Source of the DNA: an uncultured Gammaproteobacteria bacterium
Lineage (GTDB): Bacteria > Pseudomonadota > Gammaproteobacteria > Arenicellales > JAANXG01
DNA: 64,000 bases
Assembly (NCBI GenBank): GCA_947258495.1
Contig: CAMYIN010000164.1
Location: forward strand, 8,111-72,110
Direction of reading: 5' to 3'
In this document: positions 10,979 through 22,214 of the stretch, piece after piece
How the letters are laid out: each line of letters begins with the position of its first letter
Numbering within the stretch: the stretch's first letter is position 1
Notes under the pieces: generated by a model
The model's input: the letters and a program-made list of their open reading frames with translations, nothing else
Told to the model about the DNA's origin: nothing
Database searches by the model: none
Position numbers and translations under genes: made by a program

Positions 10979-12118
10979 TCAATCGGCCTGGCGGCGTAGA
11001 AACGCTGGGATATCCAGGTAATCCAGGTTTTTTTCATCCGGCAGAATGGGCAGATCGCGCTCTTCCCTGCGGTTGCGGATCACCGTGGGGGCCTCAAAGT
11101 CTTCGTAATTGACCGCCTTTTGCACGGAATGGACGACTTTATACGGATTGGCCGCCACTTGGGCCTCGCCGATCCCGGTCGCCACCATGGTAACGCGCAG
11201 ATCGCCCTGCATCTCCGGGTCCAAGACCGTGCCAATCACTACCGTGGCGTCGTCTGCGGCGAATTCCCGCAGTACGTTGCCGACTTCTTCAAACTCCCCG
11301 ATAGACATATCCATGCCGGCGGTGACGTTCACCAGGATTCCGCGGGCTCCGGCGATATGTGTATCCTCGAGCAGCGGGCTGGACACCGCCGCGCGCGCGG
11401 CGTCCACCGCTCGATCCACGCCAGTGGCCGTGGCCGAACCCATCATCGCCATGCCCATCTCCGCCATCACGGTCCTGACGTCGGCGAAATCCACGTTTAT
11501 CAGTCCCGGCCGGGTAATGAGCTCGGATATGCCCTGCACCGCGTTTCGGAGCACCTCGTTGGCCTTGGCGAAGGCCTCCAGCAGGGTCGCCTGCTTCCCC
11601 ATGACGTCCAGAACCCTTTCATTTGGTATGGTAATGAGAGAATCCACGTGCTCCGACAACTCGCGAATGCCGTTGTCGGCTACGGACATCCGTTTTCCGC
11701 CCTCGAACGGAAACGGCTTGGTGATGACGGCGACCGTCAACGCCCCCTGCTCGCGAGCGATCTGCGCCACTATGGGGGCCGCACCGGTACCGGTTCCTCC
11801 GCCCATGCCGGCGGTAATAAACACCATGTCCGCGCCCTGAATCGCCTCGGCTATGCGATCGCGGTCTTCCATCGCCGCTTGCCGCCCTATCTCCGGATTC
11901 GCGCCCGCCCCCAGACCCTTGGTGAGGTTTGCTCCCAGTTGGAGAATGGTATCGGCGTTAGAACGGTTCAGCGTCTGGGCGTCGGTATTGGCGTTGATGA
12001 ATTCGACACCCTCGATGTTGGCGGTCACCATGTGATCCACGGCATTGCCCCCTCCACCACCGACCCCGACGACCTTGATTACGGCTTGTTGATCTACTGT
12101 ATCTACTAGTTCAAACAT
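10979..12118 (-). CDS. ftsZ: Cell division GTPase FtsZ
   Basis: Tubulin signature GGGTGTGAAP; N-terminal VGVGGGGGNAV; conserved C-terminal peptide DYLDIPAFLRRQAD. Confidence 0.98.
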   Translation of the reverse strand: MFELVDTVDQQAVIKVVGVGGGGGNAVDHMVTANIEGVEFINANTDAQTLNRSNADTILQLGANLTKGLGAGANPEIGRQAAMEDRDRIAEAIQGADMVFITAGMGGGTGTGAAPIVAQIAREQGALTVAVITKPFPFEGGKRMSVADNGIRELSEHVDSLITIPNERVLDVMGKQATLLEAFAKANEVLRNAVQGISELITRPGLINVDFADVRTVMAEMGMAMMGSATATGVDRAVDAARAAVSSPLLEDTHIAGARGILVNVTAGMDMSIGEFEEVGNVLREFAADDATVVIGTVLDPEMQGDLRVTMVATGIGEAQVAANPYKVVHSVQKAVNYEDFEAPTVIRNRREERDLPILPDEKNLDYLDIPAFLRRQAD

Positions 12119-12198
12119 TGGATGACTCCCATGACTGCAATAAACTGTTTATTACGTACTTTCATCTCGTATCGTCCTGATTCATTAACGCAACGACT

Positions 12199-13434
12199 CT
12201 AGAATCCTCCTTGAAACCAGGCCTTCATACGCTCGAATACATCTTTGAACCCGGAACGGCGGGGTCCGGTTGCGAGCGTCGGACCCTGATTGACATTCCC
12301 AAACTGAATCAGACCGACGCCCGTCGAATAGATCGGGTTCTTTACGACCTCGTTCAATCCACCAATATATTTAGGCATTCCGAGCCGGACCGGCACGTGG
12401 AAAACCTCCTCGGCGAGCTCGACCATTCCCTCCATTTTCGAACTTCCTCCGGTCAGTACTACGCCAGAGCCTATGAGCTCCTCGAAACCGCTGCGCCGCA
12501 ACTCGCCGCGCACCAACTCATAGAGTTCTTCAACGCGGGGTTCGATGACTTCCGCCAGAGTGTGTCGCGACAATCTGCGAGGAGGACGGTCTCCCACACT
12601 GCGCACCTCAATGCTTTCGTCGCTGGCCGCAAGCTGCGTCAATGCCGCACCGTATTTTTTCTTCAATTCCTCGGCGGACTGTGTGGGCGTACGTAATGCC
12701 ACCGCGATGTCGTTCGTCACCTGATCGCCGGCGATGGGAATGACGGCGGTGTGCCGGATCGCGCCTTCGGTAAAAATCGCGATATCGGTTGTTCCACCAC
12801 CGATGTCGACGAGACACGCGCCGAGATCCTTCTCGTCCTCAGTGAGCACGGACTGGCTGGACGCGAGTTGTTCCAATATGATGTCGTCTACCTCGAGTCC
12901 ACAACGGCGAATGCATTTGATGATGTTCTGGGCCGCGCTCACCGCACCGGTGATGATATGCACCTTCGCCTCCAGACGTACGCCGCTCATGCCGATGGGC
13001 TCGTGTATGCCCTCTTGTCCGTCGATGATGAATTCTTGCGGCAGAATGTGCAGAACCTTCTGGTCGTTCGGAATCGCAAGCGCGCGCGCCGCTTCGAGGA
13101 CACGTTCGACGTCTCCCGCAGCCACTTCCTTGTCGCGGATGGCAACGACGCCGTGCGAATTGAAACTGCTGATGTGCGCTCCGGCGATCCCGGCGTAGAC
13201 CGAATAGATCTGACACCCCGCCATCAGTTCCGCTTCCTCCACCGCCCGCTGGATCGACTGCACCGTCGATTCGATATTGGCCACTACGCCTTTGCGCATT
13301 CCGCGCGCGGGATGATGGCCTACGCCGATAATTTCGATTTCGCCGACGGGGTTGACTTCTCCCACGATCGCCAACACCTTGGAGGTACCTATATCGAGTC
13401 CGACAATGAGATGGTTATCGTTTTTCTTGGTCAT
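12199..13434 (-). CDS. ftsA: Cell division protein FtsA
   Basis: Actin-like ATPase motifs GLDIGTSK and VDIGGGTTDIA; C-terminal amphipathic helix; position between ftsQ and ftsZ. Confidence 0.97.
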   Translation of the reverse strand: MTKKNDNHLIVGLDIGTSKVLAIVGEVNPVGEIEIIGVGHHPARGMRKGVVANIESTVQSIQRAVEEAELMAGCQIYSVYAGIAGAHISSFNSHGVVAIRDKEVAAGDVERVLEAARALAIPNDQKVLHILPQEFIIDGQEGIHEPIGMSGVRLEAKVHIITGAVSAAQNIIKCIRRCGLEVDDIILEQLASSQSVLTEDEKDLGACLVDIGGGTTDIAIFTEGAIRHTAVIPIAGDQVTNDIAVALRTPTQSAEELKKKYGAALTQLAASDESIEVRSVGDRPPRRLSRHTLAEVIEPRVEELYELVRGELRRSGFEELIGSGVVLTGGSSKMEGMVELAEEVFHVPVRLGMPKYIGGLNEVVKNPIYSTGVGLIQFGNVNQGPTLATGPRRSGFKDVFERMKAWFQGGF

Positions 13435-14264
13435 GCTCTGTTATTCGCCTCTGAATTGTTGTCTGATGCCGGTGCGACTCGCCGCGACACCGCAATGCCG
13501 TTCGGATATCTCATGTCGACTCGATCCAATTCACCCGCCTGCTGGTACAGCAGAGTCCCGTAGGAACGCACAAACCTCTGCAAGCGCGCTTCCGTATCCC
13601 GATTACCAAGAATTACGTCGAATTCAGCCGCACCGATTCCGTCCCCGCGGTCCACGGTCCACGACATGGGAGATATCGCCAGCGTCCAGGCACGCCGCGG
13701 GCTCAATGTGACGCGCCGAATCTTGAGGCCGTATTTGGCGAGACGTGTTTGCCATTTCCTGTAACGTTCGAGCACCCGGAATGAAGCTCCGTCGGGTCCG
13801 TCAAGCTGCACCAGCTCGGTCAGATCGGAGGCCGGAGTCAACGTGATTACTTGCCCGTCGGTGTTCAACCAGTGACTTTTCCCCCAGCGGGCCACCGGGT
13901 GCTGTTCGATGACCGTGACGTGAATGCTCCGCGGCCAGACCCGTCGCACCGTAACGCTATAGACCCAAGGCAGGTCCGCGACTGCGCGCTCGACTCGATT
14001 AAGATCGAGGGAAAAAAAGTTTCCATCGACCGCCGCCGAAACCACCTTCGCCAGCGGCGTGGGGTCTATGTGTTCAAGCACACCTTCCACCTTGACTCGA
14101 TCCACCCGGAACGCGCTCGGCAAGAACAACCGATCCGCCACCAGCGCGGTAATCGTGATGAACGCGAGAACGGTTGCCGTCGCCAACAGCGTCCAACGCG
14201 TAACCCACTTGCGTCGCACCAGCTTTCTTTCGTACTCCTGTCGTCCCACAGCCCTGCGTTTCAT
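13431..14264 (-). CDS. ftsQ: Cell division protein FtsQ
   Basis: Single TM segment (WTLLATATVLAFITITALV) followed by a POTRA-like region. 4-nt overlaps with ddl and ftsA. Confidence 0.9.
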   Translation of the reverse strand: MKRRAVGRQEYERKLVRRKWVTRWTLLATATVLAFITITALVADRLFLPSAFRVDRVKVEGVLEHIDPTPLAKVVSAAVDGNFFSLDLNRVERAVADLPWVYSVTVRRVWPRSIHVTVIEQHPVARWGKSHWLNTDGQVITLTPASDLTELVQLDGPDGASFRVLERYRKWQTRLAKYGLKIRRVTLSPRRAWTLAISPMSWTVDRGDGIGAAEFDVILGNRDTEARLQRFVRSYGTLLYQQAGELDRVDMRYPNGIAVSRRVAPASDNNSEANNRA

Positions 14265-15169
14265 AGACTAAGCTCCAGGATACGTCGCACCAGTTGATTG
14301 AAATCCATGCCCCGGGCCCGCGCCGCCATCGGCACCAGGCTGTGATCCGTCATTCCCGGCACGGTGTTGACCTCCAGAAAATACGGCCGGTCGGCCCCGT
14401 CCAGCATCAGGTCCACGCGCCCCCATCCCGTGCAGCCGAGCACCTCGAAGGCCTGCAATGCCTGCCGTTGCAGCGCCGTGTCGAGGTCGTCCGCGAGACC
14501 GGAGGGGCAGTGATAAAGGGTGGTATCGGCCTCGTACTTCGCGACATAGTCGTAAAACGTTCTTGGCGTTTCCAGACGAATGGTGGGCAACGCCTCGTTG
14601 CCGAGGACTCCGATCGTGAGCTCGGGTCCGTCAATGAATTTTTCCGCCAGCACCGTCGAATCGTATTCCCGCGCCGCGCGCCACGCCTGGACGAACGTTG
14701 CCTGCGATTCCACCTTGGTGATACCGATACTCGATCCCTCGAGCGACGGCTTTACAAACAAGGGAAGTCCGAGATCCGAAACCGCGGTCGCAAGGTCGTC
14801 TTCGCCATTGATCACCCTGTATTCCGGCGTCGGTATCCCGGCGCCGCGCCACATTAGTTTCGTGCGCAGTTTGTCTATGGCGAGGGCGCAGCCGAGCACG
14901 CCACTGCCGGTGTACGGGATTCCGGCCACTTCCAGCGCGCCCTGGATTACGCCGTCCTCTCCCCATCTCCCGTGAAGGGCGATGAACGCACGCTCGGCTT
15001 TGAGTTCGTGCAGGCGCCGCATGACGTCACGATCGGCGTCGAGTCCCAAGGCATCGACACCTTCCGCGCGCAACCCCTCGACGATCCTCCCGCCACTCTT
15101 CAACGAGACCTCTCGTTCCGCCGATAACCCGCCCATCAGGACCGCCACTTTTCCGATATCTTCGATCAC
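14261..15169 (-). CDS. ddl: D-alanine--D-alanine ligase
   Basis: ATP-grasp fold; N-terminal VLMGGLSAEREVSL; C-terminal FLEVNTVPGMT; dcw position. Confidence 0.95.
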   Translation of the reverse strand: MIEDIGKVAVLMGGLSAEREVSLKSGGRIVEGLRAEGVDALGLDADRDVMRRLHELKAERAFIALHGRWGEDGVIQGALEVAGIPYTGSGVLGCALAIDKLRTKLMWRGAGIPTPEYRVINGEDDLATAVSDLGLPLFVKPSLEGSSIGITKVESQATFVQAWRAAREYDSTVLAEKFIDGPELTIGVLGNEALPTIRLETPRTFYDYVAKYEADTTLYHCPSGLADDLDTALQRQALQAFEVLGCTGWGRVDLMLDGADRPYFLEVNTVPGMTDHSLVPMAARARGMDFNQLVRRILELSL

Positions 15170-16044
15170 GCGCGTTCACCGATAATCCGAACTTCCGTCT
15201 CGAGCAGCACTCCGTGGCGGCGTTGCACCTCGCGTTGCACCCGCCGGATCAACGCTTCGATCTGAGCGGCCGTGGCGCCGCCGCGGTTCTCTATGAAATT
15301 CGCGTGCCGCTCCGAGACCCGAGCACCGCCCTCGCGCTCGCCCTTCAGACCGCAGGACTCGATCAATCTCGCGGCGAAGTCGCCGGGCGGATTTCGGAAC
15401 ACGGAGCCGGCGCTCGGAACCTGGAGCGGCTGCGATTGCGCGCGTTTTAACAGTAGATTCCTGATGCGTTCGCGGCCATCCTCCGCATTCCCCGGCCGCA
15501 GGTGCAGTTCGGCGGCGATGAACCACTCGTTGTCAGTGGGCAAGGTCACAGACCTGTAGCCGATCTCGAAGTCGTCCGGGCAACGCCGGCGTACCTGCCC
15601 GGCCGAATCCACGGTCTCCGCCGCCGCGACGACGTCCCAGGTTTCGGATCCGAACGCGCCCGCGTTCATGGCCAGGGCACCGCCCAGGGTCCCTGGAATG
15701 CCGGCGAAGAACTCGGCTCCAGCGAGACCCGCGCGCACGCTGAAGCGGGCGAGCTTCGCCCCCGGCACGCCGGCCTCGGCGTAGATGCGCCCCTGCGCCG
15801 GTCTTTTGAGATCCCCTAGGCCCCTGTGCGTGACAATGACCACACCGCGAATTCCACCGTCGCGGACCAGCAAATTGCTTCCCAGTCCGACCCAGACGAT
15901 CGGCGTGTCCGCGCCCAACCGGCGCAGGAACGCAATCAAATCCGCCCTGTCCGCCGGCACGAAATACCGGTCCGCGTCGCCACCCACGCGCCAGCTGGTG
16001 TGTTTGCACATCGGCTCGTTGCGGCGCAGCTGACCGCGTATCAT
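15166..16044 (-). CDS. murB: UDP-N-acetylenolpyruvoylglucosamine reductase MurB
   Basis: The MurB-like part starts at ATG 16044 (MIRGQLRRNEPMCKHTSWRVGGDADRYF), giving 292 aa. The rest of the listed 559-aa ORF overlaps murC out of frame and is Arg/Gly/Pro shadow. Confidence 0.92.
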   Translation of the reverse strand: MIRGQLRRNEPMCKHTSWRVGGDADRYFVPADRADLIAFLRRLGADTPIVWVGLGSNLLVRDGGIRGVVIVTHRGLGDLKRPAQGRIYAEAGVPGAKLARFSVRAGLAGAEFFAGIPGTLGGALAMNAGAFGSETWDVVAAAETVDSAGQVRRRCPDDFEIGYRSVTLPTDNEWFIAAELHLRPGNAEDGRERIRNLLLKRAQSQPLQVPSAGSVFRNPPGDFAARLIESCGLKGEREGGARVSERHANFIENRGGATAAQIEALIRRVQREVQRRHGVLLETEVRIIGERA

Positions 16045-16082
16045 CGCCGGCTCCTCGGCTTCCCGGTTCAATACCACCCCCG

Positions 16083-17489
16083 TCACGCGCCTTCCCCCTG
16101 CTGCATACCGCCGAGCGCGAGTTGCTTGGCGGCCAGGCCGATGTCGCCGGCGCCCAGGGTGATTACCACGTCCCGATCCTGCAAGATCGATGCCAACGCC
16201 TGCGGCAGTTCCGACAGGGATTCGAGGAAAATCGGATCGGTCCTTCCGCGGTTGCGTATGGAGCGGCACAAGGCACGCCCGTCGGCACCGTTGATGATCG
16301 ACTCGCCGGCGGCGTAGACTTCGGTCACGATCAGCGGATCGTAATCCGCGAGCACATTGCTGAAGTCGTCGATGAGGTCCCGTGTACGGGTGTAGCGGTG
16401 GGGCTGGAATACGACCACCAGGCGACGATCCGGCCAAGATTCGGACGCGGCGTCCAGGGTGGCCTTGAGTTCGCGCGGATGATGCGCGTAATCGTCGACC
16501 AACAGCGCCCTGCCTCCGTCGGCCTTGATTTCCCCGTGAATGTCGAAACGGCGTCCTATTCCCTGGAAGCGCTTGAGTCCCGTTTGCAAGGCCTCGTCGG
16601 AAATCCCCAATCGATCGCCCACCGCTACGGCTGCGAGCGCGTTGAGCACGTTGTGCCGACCGGGCAGCGGCAGCTCGATGCCAAGGGGGCTTCGGCGGTC
16701 CGGGCGCACGACGTCGAACTCCATCGTCAACCCGCGTTGCCGGATATTCGTGGCCCGGAAGTCCGCATTCGCGCCGGTTCCGTAGGTGCGGATCGGCTTG
16801 CGTACGTCGGCGATGATCTCCCGCACCGTCGGATCGTCCAAACACAGCACAGCGAGGCCGTAAAACGGCAGATTCTGGAGAAATTCCACAAACGTCCGCT
16901 TCAGCAGACCGAAATCGCCGCGATAGGTCTCCATATGGTCGGCATCGATATTGGTCACCACCGCCAGCAGGGGTTGTAGATGTATAAACGAGGCGTCGCT
17001 CTCGTCGGCTTCGGCGACCAGATACTCGCCGCCGCCGAGCTTCGCGTTGGACTCGGTACCTTTCACCCGCCCCCCGACGACGAACGTCGGGTCCAAACCA
17101 CCCTGGGCGAGAACACTCGCCACGAGGCTGGTAGTGGTCGTCTTACCGTGGGTGCCGGCAACCGCGATGCCCTTGCGAAATCGCATCAACTCGGCGAGCA
17201 TCTCAGCGCGAGGCACAACGGGCACCTTCGCCTTTACCGCGGCCACGACTTCGGGATTCGTCTGCTTCACCGCGGTCGACGCGACGACCACGTCACAGCC
17301 TTTGACCCAGTCTGCGTCGTGACCGATATGCACGTCTGCGCCGAACTCACGCAATCGCCGGGTCGTGGCGGTTTCGACGAGGTCGGAACCGGAGACGGTA
17401 TAGCCGAGATTGATCAGTACCTCCGCGATACCGCTCATGCCGCTGCCCCCGATGCCCACGAAATGGATACGCTGAACGCTTTCACGCAC
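16083..17489 (-). CDS. murC: UDP-N-acetylmuramate--L-alanine ligase MurC
   Basis: [18 protein letters not shown] and [10 protein letters not shown] motifs. Likely GTG start at 17489 (8-nt overlap with the murG stop); the listed start at 17531 is also possible. Confidence 0.93.
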   Translation of the reverse strand: MRESVQRIHFVGIGGSGMSGIAEVLINLGYTVSGSDLVETATTRRLREFGADVHIGHDADWVKGCDVVVASTAVKQTNPEVVAAVKAKVPVVPRAEMLAELMRFRKGIAVAGTHGKTTTTSLVASVLAQGGLDPTFVVGGRVKGTESNAKLGGGEYLVAEADESDASFIHLQPLLAVVTNIDADHMETYRGDFGLLKRTFVEFLQNLPFYGLAVLCLDDPTVREIIADVRKPIRTYGTGANADFRATNIRQRGLTMEFDVVRPDRRSPLGIELPLPGRHNVLNALAAVAVGDRLGISDEALQTGLKRFQGIGRRFDIHGEIKADGGRALLVDDYAHHPRELKATLDAASESWPDRRLVVVFQPHRYTRTRDLIDDFSNVLADYDPLIVTEVYAAGESIINGADGRALCRSIRNRGRTDPIFLESLSELPQALASILQDRDVVITLGAGDIGLAAKQLALGGMQQGEGA

Positions 17490-18552
17490 TGAGGACCTCC
17501 ATGCAGATATCCGCCACCCGCCTGGCCGCATCCGGCTTGGCGAGTGTCCGGGCCCTGTGCGCCAAATCGAGCAGATGATCGCGCCGGTCCGCCAGGCGCT
17601 GCAGCGTGTCTTGCAACCGATCCACCGTCAACTCGCGTTGCGGAATGAGGATCGCGGCGTCGCGGCGGGCGAGAAACCGGGCGTTTGCCGTCTGGTGATC
17701 GCTCACCGCATGCGGGAAAGGAACAAGAACGGTCGCCACCCCTGCCGCACTCGTTTCCGCCACCGTCATCGCCCCGGCCCGACAGATCACCAGATCCGCC
17801 CAGGCGTAGGCCTCGGCCATATCCTCTATGAATTCCTCGATCCGCGCCGAGAGCCCCCGTCTCCGGTACGCCGAACGCACCGAGTCGGCGTTACCGGACC
17901 CGGTTTGATGCCAGACCTGCGGCGACAGCTCGAGCCCCTCCATGGCGGCCGGCACCAGCTCATTGAATACACGCGCGCCCTGGCTGCCGCCGACAACGAG
18001 CAATTGCAGCCCCCCCTGTCGGCCGAGCATTCGCGTTTTCGGATCCGGCAAGCGGGCGATCTCCGCGCGCACCGGGTTGCCGACGTAGGCCGCGTGCACG
18101 CTCTCCGGAAAGGTGTCGGGAAACCCGCTCATGACCCGGGCACTCAGACGAGCCAAGACCCGGTTGGTGAATCCCGCTATGGCGTTGGCTTCGTGTATCA
18201 ACAGAGGGCGGCGGAGCAACCAGGCGACCAGCCCGCCCGGACCTGAGACGAAGCCGCCCATACCCAGCAGCGCCGTGGGCCGCCGTCGCAATATCACGCC
18301 GATGGTCTGCAGCATTGCCAGAATCAGCAGAAAGGGGGTGCGTATCAGCCCCCATACCCCCTTGCCGCGCAGCCCGCGGATATGGATCCATTCAATGTCG
18401 AAACCGGCGGCGGGCACGGAGCGCGCTTCGAGACCGGATTTCGTCCCCAGCCAGACCACGTCAACGCCGCGTGCGCGCAGATCCTCCGCCACAGTGAGGG
18501 CCGGAAACACGTGCCCGCCGGTGCCGCCGGCCATGATGAGAAGCGTGCTCAT
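17482..18552 (-). CDS. murG: Undecaprenyldiphospho-muramoylpentapeptide beta-N-acetylglucosaminyltransferase MurG
   Basis: N-terminal [13 protein letters not shown] motif; GT28 family length; dcw position. Confidence 0.95.
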   Translation of the reverse strand: MSTLLIMAGGTGGHVFPALTVAEDLRARGVDVVWLGTKSGLEARSVPAAGFDIEWIHIRGLRGKGVWGLIRTPFLLILAMLQTIGVILRRRPTALLGMGGFVSGPGGLVAWLLRRPLLIHEANAIAGFTNRVLARLSARVMSGFPDTFPESVHAAYVGNPVRAEIARLPDPKTRMLGRQGGLQLLVVGGSQGARVFNELVPAAMEGLELSPQVWHQTGSGNADSVRSAYRRRGLSARIEEFIEDMAEAYAWADLVICRAGAMTVAETSAAGVATVLVPFPHAVSDHQTANARFLARRDAAILIPQRELTVDRLQDTLQRLADRRDHLLDLAHRARTLAKPDAARRVADICMEVLSA

Positions 18553-19712
18553 CGCCGCCCTCCCGGCTGCGGCCGCAGTTCACGGGCTACCGCCATCAGC
18601 AATCCCATGGCCATGCACGAAGCGAGCATGCTCGAACCGCCGTAACTCAGAAACGGCAGGGTCAAGCCCTTGGTCGGGAGAACACCGCTATTAACGCCTA
18701 TGTTGATCTGCGCTTGAATGACCAACAGCAAACCGGCGCCCTGGGCCAGGCGCGCACTGTAGATCTTGCCGACCGTCTCCGCGCGACGCGCGATTGCAAA
18801 CGCCCTCCACAGCAGGAGGCCGAACAGAGCAACCACGAGCAATACACCGATCAACCCCAGCTCCTCAGCGATCACGGCCAGCAGAAAATCGGTGTTCGCA
18901 TGCGGCAGGTAATAAAGCTTTTGAATACTCGCGCCCAGGCCCACCCCGTACCACTCGCCGCGTCCGAACGCGATGAGCGCCTGGGTCAATTGAAAACCTG
19001 AATCAAAGGGATCCGACCAGGGATTCAAGAAGCTCATCACGCGTTGCATTCTATAAGGGGAAACCACCGTCAATACCACCATCGCGACGACGCCAAGAAG
19101 GACGCACAACAGAAAATGCCAAAACCGGATGCCGCCGAGAAACAGCATCATGCCGACGGTAAGGGCAATCACCACGAAACTGCCGAAGTCGGGTTCCATC
19201 AGCAGGAGCAAGGCGAGCACCGCTAATACCAGACCGATCATCAGGATCCCCTGGCTGAATTGCCCTATTTCTTCCTGTTTGCGCGTCAGGTAGCCGGCGG
19301 TGTAAATCACCATCGCCACCTTGACGAACTCGGACGGTTGCAGACGTATCGATCCAAGATCGAGCCACCGCACGCTGCCGTTGACCTCGACACCGATGCC
19401 CGGCACCAACAGCGCGCCGAGGACGACGATGCTGATGAGCAACAGTGGCTTGCTGATCCGGTTCCACCACTTTATACGTGTAATCGAGATCGCGGTCATG
19501 ACCATCAGTCCGAAAACAATATGCGTAGCGTGGCGAAGTAAATGCTGAAAGCTCGTGTCGAGTGTTTGCTTGCCTCCCGCAATCGTCGCCGAATAGACCA
19601 TCACCAATCCCAGACTCAACAGTGCGATGAGAACGCCGCTGAGCCAAGGATCGAGACGTAGATTGGCCACGAAGTCATCGGATCGTACCGCCTGTGAGGT
19701 AAGTGCCGTCAT
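18549..19712 (-). CDS. ftsW: Peptidoglycan glycosyltransferase FtsW (SEDS family)
   Basis: ~10 TM helices; SEDS motifs (LPHANTDF, LPTKGLTLPFLSYGGSS); position between murD and murG. Confidence 0.93.
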   Translation of the reverse strand: MTALTSQAVRSDDFVANLRLDPWLSGVLIALLSLGLVMVYSATIAGGKQTLDTSFQHLLRHATHIVFGLMVMTAISITRIKWWNRISKPLLLISIVVLGALLVPGIGVEVNGSVRWLDLGSIRLQPSEFVKVAMVIYTAGYLTRKQEEIGQFSQGILMIGLVLAVLALLLLMEPDFGSFVVIALTVGMMLFLGGIRFWHFLLCVLLGVVAMVVLTVVSPYRMQRVMSFLNPWSDPFDSGFQLTQALIAFGRGEWYGVGLGASIQKLYYLPHANTDFLLAVIAEELGLIGVLLVVALFGLLLWRAFAIARRAETVGKIYSARLAQGAGLLLVIQAQINIGVNSGVLPTKGLTLPFLSYGGSSMLASCMAMGLLMAVARELRPQPGGRR

Positions 19713-21094
19713 GCAACCAGTTCCCGCACCAACCTGCGAAAGACATCGCCACGTTGTTCGAAGTTTTCAAACATGTCGAAACTTGCGCAAGCGGGCGACA
19801 ACATGACCGCGTCTCCCGCTTGTGCGAACTCGCGCGCGGCCAGCACCGCCTCACGCAAAGTGTCCACCTTGCGGCAAGGCACCGCATCTCGAATTGCATC
19901 GGCGATCAGATCGGCGTCTTTGCCGAACAATACGACCGCGCGCGCTCGTCGTGAGACCGGATCCACGAGGTTGGAAAAATCTGCGTGCTTGCCCTCGCCA
20001 CCTGCGATGAGCACCACGGGTGAGTCGGAACCGTTGAGCGCCGCCGCCGTCGCCCCTACGTTCGTCGCCTTTGAATCGTTGATCCAGCTTACGCCGTCTT
20101 TGCGAAGCAGAATTTCACTGCGGTGAGGCAGACCCTTGAACCGGCGAACCGCGGCGACCATCGCCGACTCCGGCACATCGACGACACTCGCCAACGCCAT
20201 CGCGGCCAACACATTCAAGCGGTTGTGATGCCCGATCAGTGGAATTTGCTCGCAGGGCATCAGCGCATCTTCGCCCCGGCTCAACCACTCGCTCCCTTCG
20301 CGCTTGATCAGACCGAACTCGTTTGTGTCCCGCGGACAGGAGCTTCCGAACGTCAACAAGCGTCGATTCGCCGGCACCAGACCCAGCGTCGCCGGGTCGT
20401 CCCGATTGACCACCGCCACGCCGTCTTTCCCAAAGACGCGCCCCTTGGCCCGGGCGTAGGCGTCCATGTCGGGGTAGCGGTCCATGTGATCGGGGCTCAG
20501 ATTCAGTATCGCCGCCGCCCTGGGCGCGAGACTGAAGGTGGTCTCGAGTTGGAAACTGGACAATTCCAATACGTATATTTCCGGCACCCGAACACCGGGC
20601 GCCAGCAGATCCAGCACCGGGACACCGATATTGCCGCCTACCGAGACATCAATGTGCGCCGCCCGACAGATGTCGCCGACGAGGGCGGTGACGGTGCTCT
20701 TTCCGTTCGACCCGGTGATGGCAATCACGGGCGCCGCCGCCTGGCGTGCGAACAATTCGACATCACCGAGCACTTCTGTGCCCTCCGCCATCGCGCTTTG
20801 GATCGCGGCATGGCGTATGGAAACGCCCGGACTGACCACCACCAGGTCGGCGCGTTTGAGCGATTCGGAGTCGATGCCGCATTGCAAAGGAACCCCGGGG
20901 TAGCGTTGCTCGAGCATGGTGCGCATCGGCGGCTGCGCGCGCGAATCGACAACGGAAACCGAGTAACCGTTATCCACCAGAAATCGCACGCAACTGAGAC
21001 CGGTAGAACCAAGACCCACGACAACCGCCGACGACTGTAATTGAATCATTTCAACCGCTCCACGAATCTCCTGTATCGCGATGCTCATCGACAT
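19709..21094 (-). CDS. murD: UDP-N-acetylmuramoylalanine--D-glutamate ligase MurD
   Basis: VVGLGSTGLS Rossmann start; ITGSNGKSTV P-loop. Alternative start ATG at 21049. Confidence 0.94.
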   Translation of the reverse strand: MSMSIAIQEIRGAVEMIQLQSSAVVVGLGSTGLSCVRFLVDNGYSVSVVDSRAQPPMRTMLEQRYPGVPLQCGIDSESLKRADLVVVSPGVSIRHAAIQSAMAEGTEVLGDVELFARQAAAPVIAITGSNGKSTVTALVGDICRAAHIDVSVGGNIGVPVLDLLAPGVRVPEIYVLELSSFQLETTFSLAPRAAAILNLSPDHMDRYPDMDAYARAKGRVFGKDGVAVVNRDDPATLGLVPANRRLLTFGSSCPRDTNEFGLIKREGSEWLSRGEDALMPCEQIPLIGHHNRLNVLAAMALASVVDVPESAMVAAVRRFKGLPHRSEILLRKDGVSWINDSKATNVGATAAALNGSDSPVVLIAGGEGKHADFSNLVDPVSRRARAVVLFGKDADLIADAIRDAVPCRKVDTLREAVLAAREFAQAGDAVMLSPACASFDMFENFEQRGDVFRRLVRELVA

Positions 21095-21128
21095 AGATTC
21101 TTTCCGGCGATCAAGATCAGTGTAAGCA

Positions 21129-22214
21129 TCAGCGAATCTTCAATGTCGCCAGACCGACGAGAACCAGGATGAGACTAATTATCCAGAAGCGAACGCTGAC
21201 CCGAGGTTCCGGCCATCCTTTCAGTTCGAAGTGATGATGCAAGGGCGCCATGCGAAATATCCGCTTACCCACGAGCTTGAATGAGGCCACCTGCAGAATG
21301 ACCGATACCGTTTCGACGACGAAAATTCCGCCCATGATGACGAGCACGATTTCCTGCCGCACCACCACCGCCACCGCCCCCAGGGACGCGCCCAGCGCAA
21401 GCGCGCCGATGTCTCCCATGAATACCTGCGCGGGATAGGTATTGAACCACAGGAAACCGAGTCCGGCGCCCACGAGGGCGGCGCAGAACACCATGACTTC
21501 CCCGGTTCCCGGGATATAGGGGATGGCGAGATAATTGGCGAAGATGCTGTGACCGGTGACGTATGCGAAGATGCCCAATCCTCCGGCGACCAAAACCGTC
21601 GGCATGATCGCCAGCCCGTCCAAGCCGTCGGTAAGGTTGACGGCGTTGCTCGAGCCGACGATCACGAGATAGGTCAAAACGATGAACCACGGCCCCAAGG
21701 CGATCGCCACTTCCTTGAAGAACGGTACGATCAATGCGGTCTCCAGGGGCGATTGCGCGCTGAAATAAAGGAACAGCGCGCTCACCATCCCGGCGACGCT
21801 CTGCCACAGGAACTTGGATTTGGCGCCTATTCCACGGGGGTTCTTTTCAATCAGCTTGCGGTAGTCGTCGATCCATCCGATGAGACCGAATGACAGACAG
21901 GTAAACAGCACCACCCAGACAAACCGATTTCCGAGATCCGCCCACAACAGCGTGGTGGCGATCACCGACACCAGGATCAAGGCGCCGCCCATGGTGGGCG
22001 TGCCGACTTTCTCGAAATGCGTCGGCGGGCCGTCTTGACGAACGGTCTGCCCTATCTGGTAGTGACTGAGCTTACGGATCATCATAGGTCCGAGAACAAA
22101 ACATACTGTGAGCGCCGTTAAGACCCCACAGATGCTGCGAAACGTCAGATAGCGAAATACGTTGAAGACGCTGAATTCACGGGCCAGGGCATCGAACAGG
22201 TAAAGCAGCATCAA
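21129..22214 (-). CDS. mraY: Phospho-N-acetylmuramoyl-pentapeptide transferase MraY
   Basis: 361 aa polytopic protein; motifs [28 protein letters not shown]. Confidence 0.97.
   Translation of the reverse strand: MMLLYLFDALAREFSVFNVFRYLTFRSICGVLTALTVCFVLGPMMIRKLSHYQIGQTVRQDGPPTHFEKVGTPTMGGALILVSVIATTLLWADLGNRFVWVVLFTCLSFGLIGWIDDYRKLIEKNPRGIGAKSKFLWQSVAGMVSALFLYFSAQSPLETALIVPFFKEVAIALGPWFIVLTYLVIVGSSNAVNLTDGLDGLAIMPTVLVAGGLGIFAYVTGHSIFANYLAIPYIPGTGEVMVFCAALVGAGLGFLWFNTYPAQVFMGDIGALALGASLGAVAVVVRQEIVLVIMGGIFVVETVSVILQVASFKLVGKRIFRMAPLHHHFELKGWPEPRVSVRFWIISLILVLVGLATLKIR

Noticed and set aside
15166-16845. 559-aa ORF suggesting a long N-terminal extension of MurB
   Set aside because: The MurB homology begins at MIRGQLRR (ATG 16044). 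The extension overlaps murC out of frame and has Arg/Pro/Gly shadow composition.
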